Made by a program: the position numbers and the translations under genes. This document shows positions 27,356 to 37,532 of a stretch of 64,000 nucleotides of DNA, in pieces (positions within the stretch are counted from its first letter, which is position 1; each line of letters starts with the position of its first letter). The notes under the pieces were generated by a model that saw only the letters and a program-made list of their open reading frames with translations, had not been told where the DNA came from and searched no databases. The stretch covers positions 248,001 to 312,000 of the forward strand of contig NIVC01000413.1 of assembly GCA_002269645.1 (NCBI GenBank), in the 5' to 3' direction. The DNA comes from Macrostomum lignano (lineage: Eukaryota).

Positions 27356-28432
27356 AAGTGTTTTTATTTAGTCCTTTAATAAAAGCTTTTAATAAAAAAT
27401 TTTACACTACTACTTTTAAACTACTTAGATTCGAACCCAGGTCGCTGCATTAGCAGTCTGGTCTGCTCAGCTCTAGGCTAGCTCTCATCGAAGTTATCAG
27501 TGAATTTGTACCACTTATATAATTCAACACTCACACCAAGTCAGGTAGAGTAAAAAGTCACGCGAAGCAGTTATGACATAATCAATTTCTTAGGCAAGTC
27601 AGTACCAGTGTCTATGAAAGCTAACAATATGGTTACGTAATATAAATTCAGTACTGCACTATACTTTCACACTCAAAGCTGTGACGCAATTCAATTGAGT
27701 GTCAAATTCAGCCAGTACACAGACGATAAATAAAGTGTATTGTGATGCAATCTATTTCAGAATCAGAATTCAACCAGTCAGTTTTTTCTCTAGCATTTTT
27801 ACAGTGCGTTTCAAGTCGAAATAGCTGCTTGACCTTTGCAAAAAAGCATGTTTTTCGAATATTTAATCCCTTTAGCATCGAGCAATTTCTTAGCCACGAT
27901 GCATGTACCGTCACGGAAAAATTTCTGATCGAATGGTGCAAGTTCGAATAAAATCGGTTGAGCCGTTTTTGCTAAAATCGATCACACACATACCAACAGA
28001 CCATTTTTAGTATATGGAATTGCCACATTATCATATAGTCTAGCCAACAAGTGAGTCAAAATAATGGAGATTTTACCATAGACAATTGACAATCAGGGTG
28101 CAATAATGCGCCAAAAATGCACGCTGGCGGCTTTCAGCGTGCAATGGATAAATAATCAGCGGTCCCAGTGCGTGACAACGATTGTCTTTGCATTGTTTTT
28201 CTGTTTGACGATCCTACAGACAATGCATTGTTTGTAGTAATGGATTTTTCTGCATTAAAAATGTGAATAATGATCGTCAAATTGCTAAACAATAATACAA
28301 CAACACAAACTTTATTTTTACGAAAAGCAAACGTAGCAAATAGTTGAACATTTTTAACGAGCTCTTTGTCTAGTAGTCAGTGCTCTAGTAGTAACTCGAA
28401 AACTCAGTAACTCACTCAGTACTCATCAGTAC

Positions 28433-31340
28433 TCACTGATCACCGAATTTGAAGTTGCAATTGCTGAAACTACCACTCAGATGAATATGTAGCTCCGGTC
28501 GAACAGTATCGGCCGAAGATGCTTGAACGTCAACCTTGACATTTTGGACTGACGTCGTCATTCCAACACTTGCCACTCGCTTTGGGACCTCGGAGATAGA
28601 CGTAGCATCCCCCGCCGAATCCATATCGCCAGATGGTCCGACGATAGCCACAGACTTATCGTTGGTCGCAGAAGACGAACTGGCTCCATACAGCGATGCT
28701 GACAACACGTCGGACATCTTTCCCTGTTCACTCGCCTTGCGCTTGCCATTTGTTAAGTAGCTAACGAAAGTGCGTACAAAAAATGTTTTTTTACTTTTAA
28801 ATACACAATGTACTACAATCAGGAGAATTTTATTGGCAGCCCGATGCTGACACTTACCGCTGAACAGTCTTAACGTCTTTATGGCCAGTTATTTTGCAGA
28901 TCTGCTCCAAACGAAACCCGGCTTCGTGCAACTCAGAAATGACGGTTGGACGAACGTTGTGCCCAGTGTAGACTTTGGACAACTGTGCAGTCGCTTAAAT
29001 CCGGGCCATCAGGTTCTAAAGCGCATTCACGCCCATTGGCTTTGTTGTGTACCAGTGAACAGCCTTTTTGCCGATGCTAGGCATAAGAAACAGAGGCCTG
29101 TTACTCTCGGCAGTCCCAGCCGAAAGGCTAGCCTCCCGCTTTTCCAAGTACAACTTGATCGCAGCCACAGGGCAGTGCTCTCCGCCGGTCGACTTCACAA
29201 TGGCTTCTCGATTGTATTCCATTGCGCCCGGCGATAGTCTTGTGCCGACGGTTTTCTCGAGTCCTCCATTAAGTCGCACAGTCTCCACTCCACTCCGCAA
29301 CTCAAACACCAGACTGTTTACATTGAGCGATCGGAGCCATTCACGACCTCGCTGACCGAAGTAATAGAGCAGAATGAAGTACACCTCGTGTAGAAACTTC
29401 GTCCCATTTGAGCGGTCGAAGTACGTCCACAGTTTGTTCAGATCGTCCTTCTCCATCGCCTCGTAATGCCGAATGCGACTGCCATTTTTTAGGAACATTC
29501 GACAAACGGCCTTCAAGGCTAAATTCGCAATATGAAACTTTTCACCTTCAATGATGTTAATGGCCCTGGTACGCCTGAAATACCGAAACAAGCCGGCTCG
29601 AAAGCAGATTAGACTAGACGGTGCGTAGAAGCTCCCAGCCTGCTTTCTAAGAGTGGCATAGAAGAACTTTAGCTTTTCCGCAAGCTCGTCCTCGGTTTAC
29701 CCCCAATTCGCCGAATCCCGATTCGCCGATTCCCGATTCGCCGATTCCCGATTCGCCGAATTCCCGATTCGCCGAATTCCTGATTCGCCGAATTCCTGAT
29801 TCGCCGAATTCCTGACTCGCCGAATTCCTGATTCGCCGATTCCTGCTTCGCCGAAATTCCTGATTTGCCGAATTCCTGATTTGCCTTCAATCCAGCGGAG
29901 GCAACGCGGCGTAGGATGCATTGGCAGAAGTGGAAAAAGCAGCCTCGCAAGGCAGGTTGCGGATAGTGTGGCCACCTACCAGTCGCTGCGTTCATGCTTC
30001 CGGCTTCGAAGTCCGTCAGAATGGTCGTTGCCATGCAGTCATGACCTGTTACTCGACGAACCTCAGCATGGATCAGATCCCAGCATGTCTCATACGTTCT
30101 CTGATCCTTTGCGGGAAGCAGAAAGAAGACAAGAGGCTCCCAAGCACCGAGGACCTTGCCGTGAATGATGAACAGCTGGTAGAAGATCTCAGGGCAGCAG
30201 CTGAAAGTACCATCAATCTGCAACCGTTCGCACTCGCCAAGTCTTGCCCTCGGCAGCATTTGTCGCCACCTGGTCTCGGTAAATCCGTGCAATTGGAAGG
30301 GCAGATTCTTGTGCCTGCGCCTTCCTTGTCTCGGCAAAAGCTTTGCGCTTGAGAGCGGCGGCCGATGGCGGCGGGTGTTCGTGACTTCCAGACGTCGACG
30401 TCACAAACCCGTCTTCAACTTTGACCCGAGAATTGCAGCGTTCCTCTCGGCACTTGTAGTAGGAAGCCACCAGACTCTTTTTGTCCACGCGATACAGGTA
30501 GCCATCGCGGAGCAGAAGCTGGCCTCCTCGTTCGCTCACTACGAATTCGGCCCTTTCGGGTGCGGGTCCGGCCTGAGCCATAACTTATGTTGTCTTGAGG
30601 TCACTGGCTCACGTGTTGAGTTGTATTTATAAAAGTGTGACTGCCTCAACTGGAAGTCTGGCCCTTATATACGAGCGTGCGGACAGGGCTAGGCAGGAGA
30701 GCCTCCAGAGCTGGCCAATCACAACCCGGCCCACCTGGCATGCATCCACTTCCACCTGTGGCGTCGTACAATTAGAAACTGGAAGGTTCGGCGAGTCAGG
30801 AATTCGGCAAATCAGGAATTTCGGCGGAGCAGGAATCGGCGAATCAGGAATTTAGCGAGTCAGGAATTCGGCAAATCAGGAATTTCGCGAGTCAGGAATT
30901 CGGCGAGTCAGGAATTCGGCGAGTCAGGAATTCGGCGAATCGGGAATTCGGCGAATCGGGAATCGGCGAATCGGGAATCGGCGAATCGGGATTCGGCGAA
31001 TCGGGAATCGGCGAATCGGGATTCGGCGAATCGGGGGTAAGCCCTCGTCCTCAGTGCAGGATCCAGCTTCAAAGCTTTCGAATTTGTACTCTCGAAGAAA
31101 TACTTGGAAGCGGGCAATAGCCGATTCTTCTTGCTTTTCGGTAGAGATGACCTTGGTCTCCTCGTCCTGTCTGTCGACAATCGCTTGAAGTTCAGTTGTG
31201 GAACCTCCAACATCCGGAATTGATTCCGAGTCTTCACCCTCCACCAAGGGAATCAGATTGAACAGTTCTTCCACAGAGTAGGTAGGAGCGGCTCATCATC
31301 GAACATCGTCCGCTCGATCAACGAATCTCTGTCCATGAGC
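28433..31340 (-). pseudogene. YR2: intron-containing DUF3504-like tyrosine recombinase, interrupted by a MULE
   Basis: Removing the MULE and one TSD restores GSCTEDE-LAEKLKFFYATLRK in frame. Motifs RGRE, GHNVR, TGH and VQR|Y are present, with an intron at 28857-28761. Two premature stops near 29016 and 28998. The C-terminus ends SFSNCNFKF. Confidence 0.88.
29694..31043 (-). mobile_element. Non-autonomous MULE (Mutator-like) element, 1350 bp
   Basis: 9-bp TSD CTCGTCCTC at 29685-29693 and 31044-31052. GG...CC termini with about 190-260-bp TIRs made of 14-15-bp subrepeats. FLYWCH-like ORF at 30581-30213 and a truncated DDE domain (IDGTF, TDFE, GCFFH). Confidence 0.95.
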
Positions 31341-31788
31341 TCTACATGCTTCTCGATTTCCGCCGTAGTCAAGCCGGTATGCAATTGTCCGGGAATTGAG
31401 ACAGATGAATCATGTTTTCAAATGAACGCACACTGAGACGAACAAATATCGCGCTGTAGTGGAGAGAAAGACATTCCTTGCCTCCCTCAACCCTGTTCTT
31501 TGCAAATTGCCATAGACAAAAATGAATAGCCACTGTTGGCTAGTCTATATGATAATGTGATAGAAGCACGGCTTGCAAGTGCACTATCTTTCCATTCTTA
31601 TTTGATTCTGCGTGCAGGATTGCTGATCTGGCACGCCCAAGCGTGCAGAATTGATGTTGTCTATGGCAAATTATCCTTTAGGTCTAATGCATCTTACGTG
31701 CAGGATTGCACTTTATTTTTAGACAACAAGAAAATAACGAGTGAAAATTGGTTAATATCATTACTAGTTTTTCGCTTGCGATCAGATG

Positions 31789-32769
31789 CTACTCAAATAC
31801 AAATTCAATGACGTTGGTGTCACCATTGGCTCGAATCTTCAAATTCTTCCGATTTTCCGGAATAACTCGCACACAGCGCACCGAGCCCGACGTAGGATCG
31901 TTGATAACGTCAACTGGGTCACTTGCCTCAGTGCCTACAACTTGAGGGTCGGCCGTAGTAGCCACCTCCACGGCAGCCGTTAGTTGATGGCTCATAGCAC
32001 AGATCGCTTGCTCTCGTTTATTCCCTCGTCGAATGTAGCGCTCGACGGATGCACCTCGCTTGTGGCCAGTCACTTTAGCGATAGTTTCGACATTAAATCC
32101 AGCGTCGTGAAGTTCTGTGATTACAGTTGCACGCACACAATGCGCAGTGTATGGCTTGGACAATCCGGCGGACGTAGAAATTTTCTTCATCAGAGGCCCA
32201 AGGGTGTTGACTCCTACTGCACTCTTGCTGTACCACTTACCAGATGAACGAAAGTTAGCGTTTGGTCGCAGAAAGAAGTCCACTCCGTTCCATCCTTCAA
32301 CTTCGGTGACCTTTTGCTTGTACAGTCTGAACGCCTCAACTGGGCATTTGGCAGAATCTCCCTTTGACACCATCAACGCTTGCTTGTTGTCAACCAAGAC
32401 GGCGACGCTGATAGAACCATGTAGATTCTTTGAATCTCCCTGAACAAGCTCAATCGCGTAGAGTCCATTGGCGAGCCGCTTCTCACAAAACCGATCAAAC
32501 CTCAAACCACGCAACCATTCACGGCCTCTATTCCCATAGTAATAAATGATGTTAAAGTATACTTCCTCTTGAAGACGCACCGGATTCGACCGATCGAAGT
32601 ATTTACCGAGCTTCTTCAGGTCGTCACTCTCAATAGCATCGTAGTGCTTCACTCTTCCTCCAGATCGAAGGAAAGCGTTGCAAATGCTCTTCATGGTAAG
32701 ATTGGCGGCATGAAAGGCTTTATCATTTATTATGTCAATCGCTCGCAACTTCATAATATGGCGAAACAA
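31789..32769 (-). CDS. YR3: Crypton-type tyrosine recombinase, uninterrupted catalytic domain but 5'-truncated
   Basis: 326-codon open frame with RGRE, HCVR, TGH and VERY. Clearly homologous to YR2 from LFRH onward. The N-terminal domain is absent (in-frame stop just upstream). Confidence 0.85.
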   Translation of the reverse strand: MFRHIMKLRAIDIINDKAFHAANLTMKSICNAFLRSGGRVKHYDAIESDDLKKLGKYFDRSNPVRLQEEVYFNIIYYYGNRGREWLRGLRFDRFCEKRLANGLYAIELVQGDSKNLHGSISVAVLVDNKQALMVSKGDSAKCPVEAFRLYKQKVTEVEGWNGVDFFLRPNANFRSSGKWYSKSAVGVNTLGPLMKKISTSAGLSKPYTAHCVRATVITELHDAGFNVETIAKVTGHKRGASVERYIRRGNKREQAICAMSHQLTAAVEVATTADPQVVGTEASDPVDVINDPTSGSVRCVRVIPENRKNLKIRANGDTNVIEFVFE

Positions 32770-33337
32770 ACCATTGCTTTGTTTTTATAGTGGCAACTAG
32801 CTTTCAATTGTAATCTCCTTTCGTTACCCCCTCCCCTCACCATCTCCAGCGTGCAAGATTGATTTTGTCTATGGTTAAAATGTGGGGGCTTCGCCCCCAC
32901 GCCCCCAGCGGGGGCTCTGCCCCCGCACCCCCGCTAGCAGCGGGTAATGTCTATAGTAATATCAATTATAACCTTTTTTGGGCAGAATGTAAAATGAAAG
33001 AATCAAATAAGAATGAGATTCATGCACGCCAACTCGTGCGTCTATGGCAAAGAGCACTCGTGCGCTTCGCGCACTCGTGCTTTTGCCAATGACGCACTCG
33101 TTAGCGTTCAAGAATCCTAACATTGATGCCCTGAAACTGCAGGCATATGCCCTAAAAAATTATGACAATAAATTTACCCGCTGAAATGTTGTTCTGCCTA
33201 TGGATTTGCGGGCATCAGTCTGGGACTGCAGTTATCAGGCCGAGGCGAAGCCATCAGTAGCCGATTAAGGCGAGAGGCGAAGAGAAGGACAGGAAAGGGA
33301 GGGAACTTTTCAACCATAGACTAAATTCTAACATTAG

Positions 33338-33890
33338 ACTAGCAATCTACGCCCCCCGTTGGGGAGCAAATAAAGAATGAAATAATTTTAATAATGATGT
33401 AATGTAGCAAGTGATCCCCCAGATAGCAAGCAATCCCCCAGATAGCAAGCATCCCCCAGACAGCAAGAATTCCTTATACAGCAAGCAATCCCCCAGACAG
33501 CAAGCATTCCCCAGACAGCAAGCATTCCTCATACAGCAAGCAATCCCCCAGACAGCAAGCATTCCTCATACAGCAAGCTATCCCCCAGACAGCAAGAATT
33601 CCTTATACAGCAAGCAATCCCCCAGACAGCAAGCATTCCCCAGACAGCAAGCATTCCTCATACAGCAAGCAATCCCCCAGACAGCAAGCATTCCTCATAC
33701 AGCAAGCATCCCCCAGACAGCAAGCATCCCCCAGACAGCAAGCATCCCCCAGACAGCAAGCATCCCCCAGACAGCAAGCATCCCCCAGACAGGAAGCATT
33801 CCCCCAGACAGCAAGCATTCCCCAGACAGCAAGCACCCAAGACCCGGGGCACACACAGACAGACCATTTTTAACATCAGCCATATACGAG
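33338..33890 (+). mobile_element. H3: short Helitron-like element with a central 17-18-bp repeat
   Basis: 5' ACTAGCAATCTACGCCCCCCGTTGGGGAG and 3' ACAGACAGACCATTTTTAA resemble H2. Central (CCCCAGACAGCAAGCAT)n. Confidence 0.55.
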
Positions 33891-34327
33891 TATACTTTGG
33901 CACTGCAGTCAAATACATAGCAGCGATAGGCCGCTCAGTGTACGGGCAGAGCCAATGCACTGTTGAATGAAATCTATAAATAGCAATTGTCTATACAGTC
34001 CGCCAGTCAGCCAGGGTCTTAATGTATTACACACGCAGCCACTGAGCATTTTTCTCTCCCTTGTGCATATAATTAATGTGCAAATAGCTCGTAGCATCAG
34101 TTCAAGAACTTGAATTGAAGTTTAGTCTATGGCCATAGACATATTGAGCTCTCACTGCAAGAAAAGTACACTAATTAGATAGGGAAAACACCTGTTTTTC
34201 ACCTTTTACAGGTACTTAACATTGATCAAAACATACCAAAAACTAATCATACCATCTCTGATAAATTTCCTACAAGTTGGTCAAAAATGGAGAAAATTGG
34301 TTAAACGGTTTGCTTTTAAACGTGTCG

Positions 34328-34343
34328 CACACACACACACACG

Positions 34344-34378
<35 letters not shown>
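34328..34378. repeat. (CA)n microsatellite
   Basis: Direct read. Confidence 0.95.
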
Positions 34379-34749
34379 TCAGTCTAAATTTACACACTCA
34401 CGTTTAGTACATTTTTAGACTAGCCATGTAGCCCCCCTCCGGGTGGCTTTTTAGCAGTTAAGCGCTTGTCTTTCCCTTTCTCAATTAGCAAATAGTGCTT
34501 ATCCTTTCACTATTTGCCTATGGCCATATGGCCATAGACTAAACTTTAATTTCTTGAGCTGATGCTACGAGCTATAAATAATTAAATATTCGCAAGCTTC
34601 AGTATATGCACCAGAGAGATAAAGATATATTAAATTAACTTTCATTTATTTGTAGATTGTGCCTGGACTAATCGCTAAAATGCACACGATGCAAAATCTT
34701 CGTTGTATTGATGTGCAAGACTGCCAATATCTATCGAAAATTGATTATT

Positions 34750-36003
34750 TAATGAGCCGTACAATGCAGAGTAAATTTCTACATTATTGAAAGGATCATT
34801 GCAGCTTCCTGAGGACATTGAGGGGCCAGCAAAGAGGAAAACTGCAGACTGCTGAGGGGATAAATGATAATTTTTGTACACTGCAAATGGAATGACCGCA
34901 GGTTGCTAAGGAAAACTGCATTTTGTCGAAGGGATCATTCATTTAGACTGCAAAGTTGAAAAATGAAAAACTGCTGAGGTAGTTCCTCCAGACTTATGAG
35001 TGTATAGCTGCAAACTGCCGATGGGATAACTATCTGTAGAGTTTAAGTGGATAATAACTGTGAATGATTAAGTGCAAGTTTTTGAGGGGATGACTGCAGA
35101 CTACTGAATGAATTATTGTAGTTTGCTGATGTTAATGAAAGTTGTAGATGGCAAAGTGGATAACTGCAGGCTGTTATTAGTATGACTGCAGTCTGTTTTG
35201 CGGGATTAGAAGGGATAGCTAATTTCAAGAATTACTGAATTACTGTAGACAAGCAATAACAGGCATAGGCTAAGCACTTAAAAAACATTTAAATTTAAAA
35301 ATACTTTTGCTGGGTCTGCGTTAAGCTTCTAGAGCAGTGTTAATCTTCTGTAAGTGTTTATTTGCAGAGGGTATTAGTAATTTGGGTGAGCAGTGCTAAT
35401 CAGTGAGCCGTACAATGCTGAGCAAATTTCTAGATTGATAAAAAGATCATTTGCAGTTTGCTGAGGATACTGAGGGGCCAGCTGAGAGGATAACTGCAGA
35501 CTGCTGAGGTTATAAATGAGAGTTATTAAGGAAACACTTGCTGACTGCAAATGAATTGACTGCAGACTTCTGAGGGGAACTGCAGATTGTCAAAGAGATC
35601 GTTCATGCAGACCTTCCAGACTTAAGAGCGTATAGCTGCAAACTATTGAGTGGATAATTATCTGCAGAGTTTTGAGTGGATTTTTGAGGGGATTCCTGCA
35701 GACTGCTAAGTGAATCATTGTAGTTTGCTGAGAAGACAATTCTAGGCCACTGAGGGGATAATTGTTTAATCTGCAGGCTGCTAAGAGTTTGACTGCAGTT
35801 TGTTTGCAGGATTAGAAGGGATAGCTAATTTCAGTTTGTTGTGGGGATAACTGCCAATTTCTGGGGAAGGGTTAACTTCAAACTGCTGAAGTTAATAAAG
35901 CTTTTAGTAGAAGGTCGACAGTTCGAGCAGCATTGCTAATCTGCTGTAAGTGTTAATTTGCAGAGGGTACATGTATTAGTAATCTGTGAGAGCAGTGCTA
36001 ATC
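34750..36003. repeat. Diverged tandem duplication, unit about 650 bp, CTGCAG-rich
   Basis: TGAGCCGTACAATGC starts at about 34753 and 35404; the blocks are collinear to AGCAGTGCTAATC. Confidence 0.75.
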
Positions 36004-36132
36004 TGACGCATACAATAAAGTAATAAATATGTAAGAGGATTGAAAATCAAATTTAAACTGCAAGTTGTCAACATTTCAAATGGTTTCGATTATTGAGAAG
36101 CATATGGCGATTACTGGCCCTGATTGTGCAAA

Positions 36133-36670
36133 TAAGTGCTGGTGAACCATTGCTAAACTGCTGGTGAACCATTGCTAAACTGGTGGTGAACCATTGCTAA
36201 ACTGCTGGTGAACCATTGCTAAACTGCTGGTGAACAATTGCTAAACTGATGGTGAACAAATTGCTAAACTGGTGGTGAACCATTGCTAAACTGCTGGTGA
36301 ACCATTGCTAAACTGCTGGTGAACAATTGCTAAACTGCTGGTGAACCATTGCTAAACTGCTGGTGAACCATTGCTAAACTGATGGTGAACAAATTGCTAA
36401 ACTGCTGGTGAACAAATTGCTAAACTGCTGGTGAACAAATTGCTAAACTGCTGGTGAACCATTGCTAAACTGCTGGTGAACAAATTGCTAAACTGCTGAT
36501 GAACCATTGCTAAACTGCTGGTGAACCATTGCTAAACTGCTGGTGAAAAAATTGCTAAACTGCTGGTGAACCATTGCTAAACTGCTGGTGAACAAATTGC
36601 TAAACTGCTGGTGAACCATTGCTAAACTGCTGGTGAACAAATTGCTAAACTGCTGGTAAAAAATTGCTAA
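36133..36670. repeat. 22-23-bp minisatellite (TGCTAAACTGCTGGTGAACCAT)
   Basis: About 24 tandem units. Confidence 0.95.
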
Positions 36671-37361
36671 AGTTATTAATTTTTTTAATAAAAATCTATT
36701 TTAAAGAGAAGAAAACTCAACGCAAGAAAAAGCGAAAAAGAATCACCATGTCAATCATAAGAGAAGTAACCTGTCGAGCATAAAATAATCATTGGGAATT
36801 GCTTAGATGTCAAGGCTGGTATGGGAAATTGCTTTGATGTCAAGACTCAACCATAATTGTTGCGATGTCAAAGCTTACTGGGGGAATTGCTGAGATGTCA
36901 AGGCTTACTGGGGGATGGCTGAATTGTTGAGGGAGGGGGTAGATTTCTGGGCGATTGTCAGATAGTCAAGTAGTACGGCTTAAGTAGCTATAAATAGTTA
37001 AATATTCGAAAACATGCTTTTTGAATGAGTGAGAGAAATCAGCCAGTGCATATGCCTCAATACTAGCTTCATTATATGCACAAGGGGCTGCGTGTGTACA
37101 TTCTGACCCTGGCTGACTGACCCTAGCTGACTGGCATTATAGACTGCATAGACTGTTATAGACTTCACTTAACTGTGCATTGGCTCTGTCTGTACGCCTA
37201 CACACTTGGGTTGGGTATGGTTGGGTATGCTTGACCGTTTTGAAAATTCCTGTCGCTAAGGAAGGCGTCTCGACGTTGGTGTCAAGGCGATGAGTTTCAG
37301 TGAAGTGGTCTGTGGTCGGTTAATCGCTTTCTCAAAGACGCAGATCTATTCCAATGCTCAG

Positions 37362-37532
37362 TTGTTCCTTCTTAGTGGAGCCGAGTTGTTCCTTCTTAGT
37401 GGAGCCGAGTTGTTCCGTCTTAGTGGAGCCAGGTTGTTCCTTCTTAGTGGAGCCAGGTTGTTCCTTCTTAGTGGAGCCAGGTTGTTCCTTCTTAGTGGAG
37501 CCAGGTTGTTCCTTCTTAGTGGAGCCGAGTTT
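37362..37532. repeat. 24-bp minisatellite (TTGTTCCTTCTTAGTGGAGCCAGG)
   Basis: About 7 units. Explains the LFLLSGAR-repeat ORF. Confidence 0.93.

Larger units (their letters stand above)
23521..28020 (+). mobile_element. H2: non-autonomous Helitron/Helentron-like element carrying three different satellites
   Basis: 5' ACTAGCAATCTAGCGCCCCCTTCGGGGTGG. The 3' end AAAATCGGTTGAGCCGTTT...ACAGACCATTTTTAGTATATGGAAT resembles DINE-1/Lep1-type ends. Paralogous to H1. Confidence 0.6.
28024..31559 (-). mobile_element. Crypton-type element bounded by 26-bp inverted repeats, containing YR2
   Basis: CACATTATCATATAG(T/A)CTAGCCAACA at 28024-28049 and inverted at 31534-31559 (25/26 match). No target-site duplication seen. 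Confidence 0.65.
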
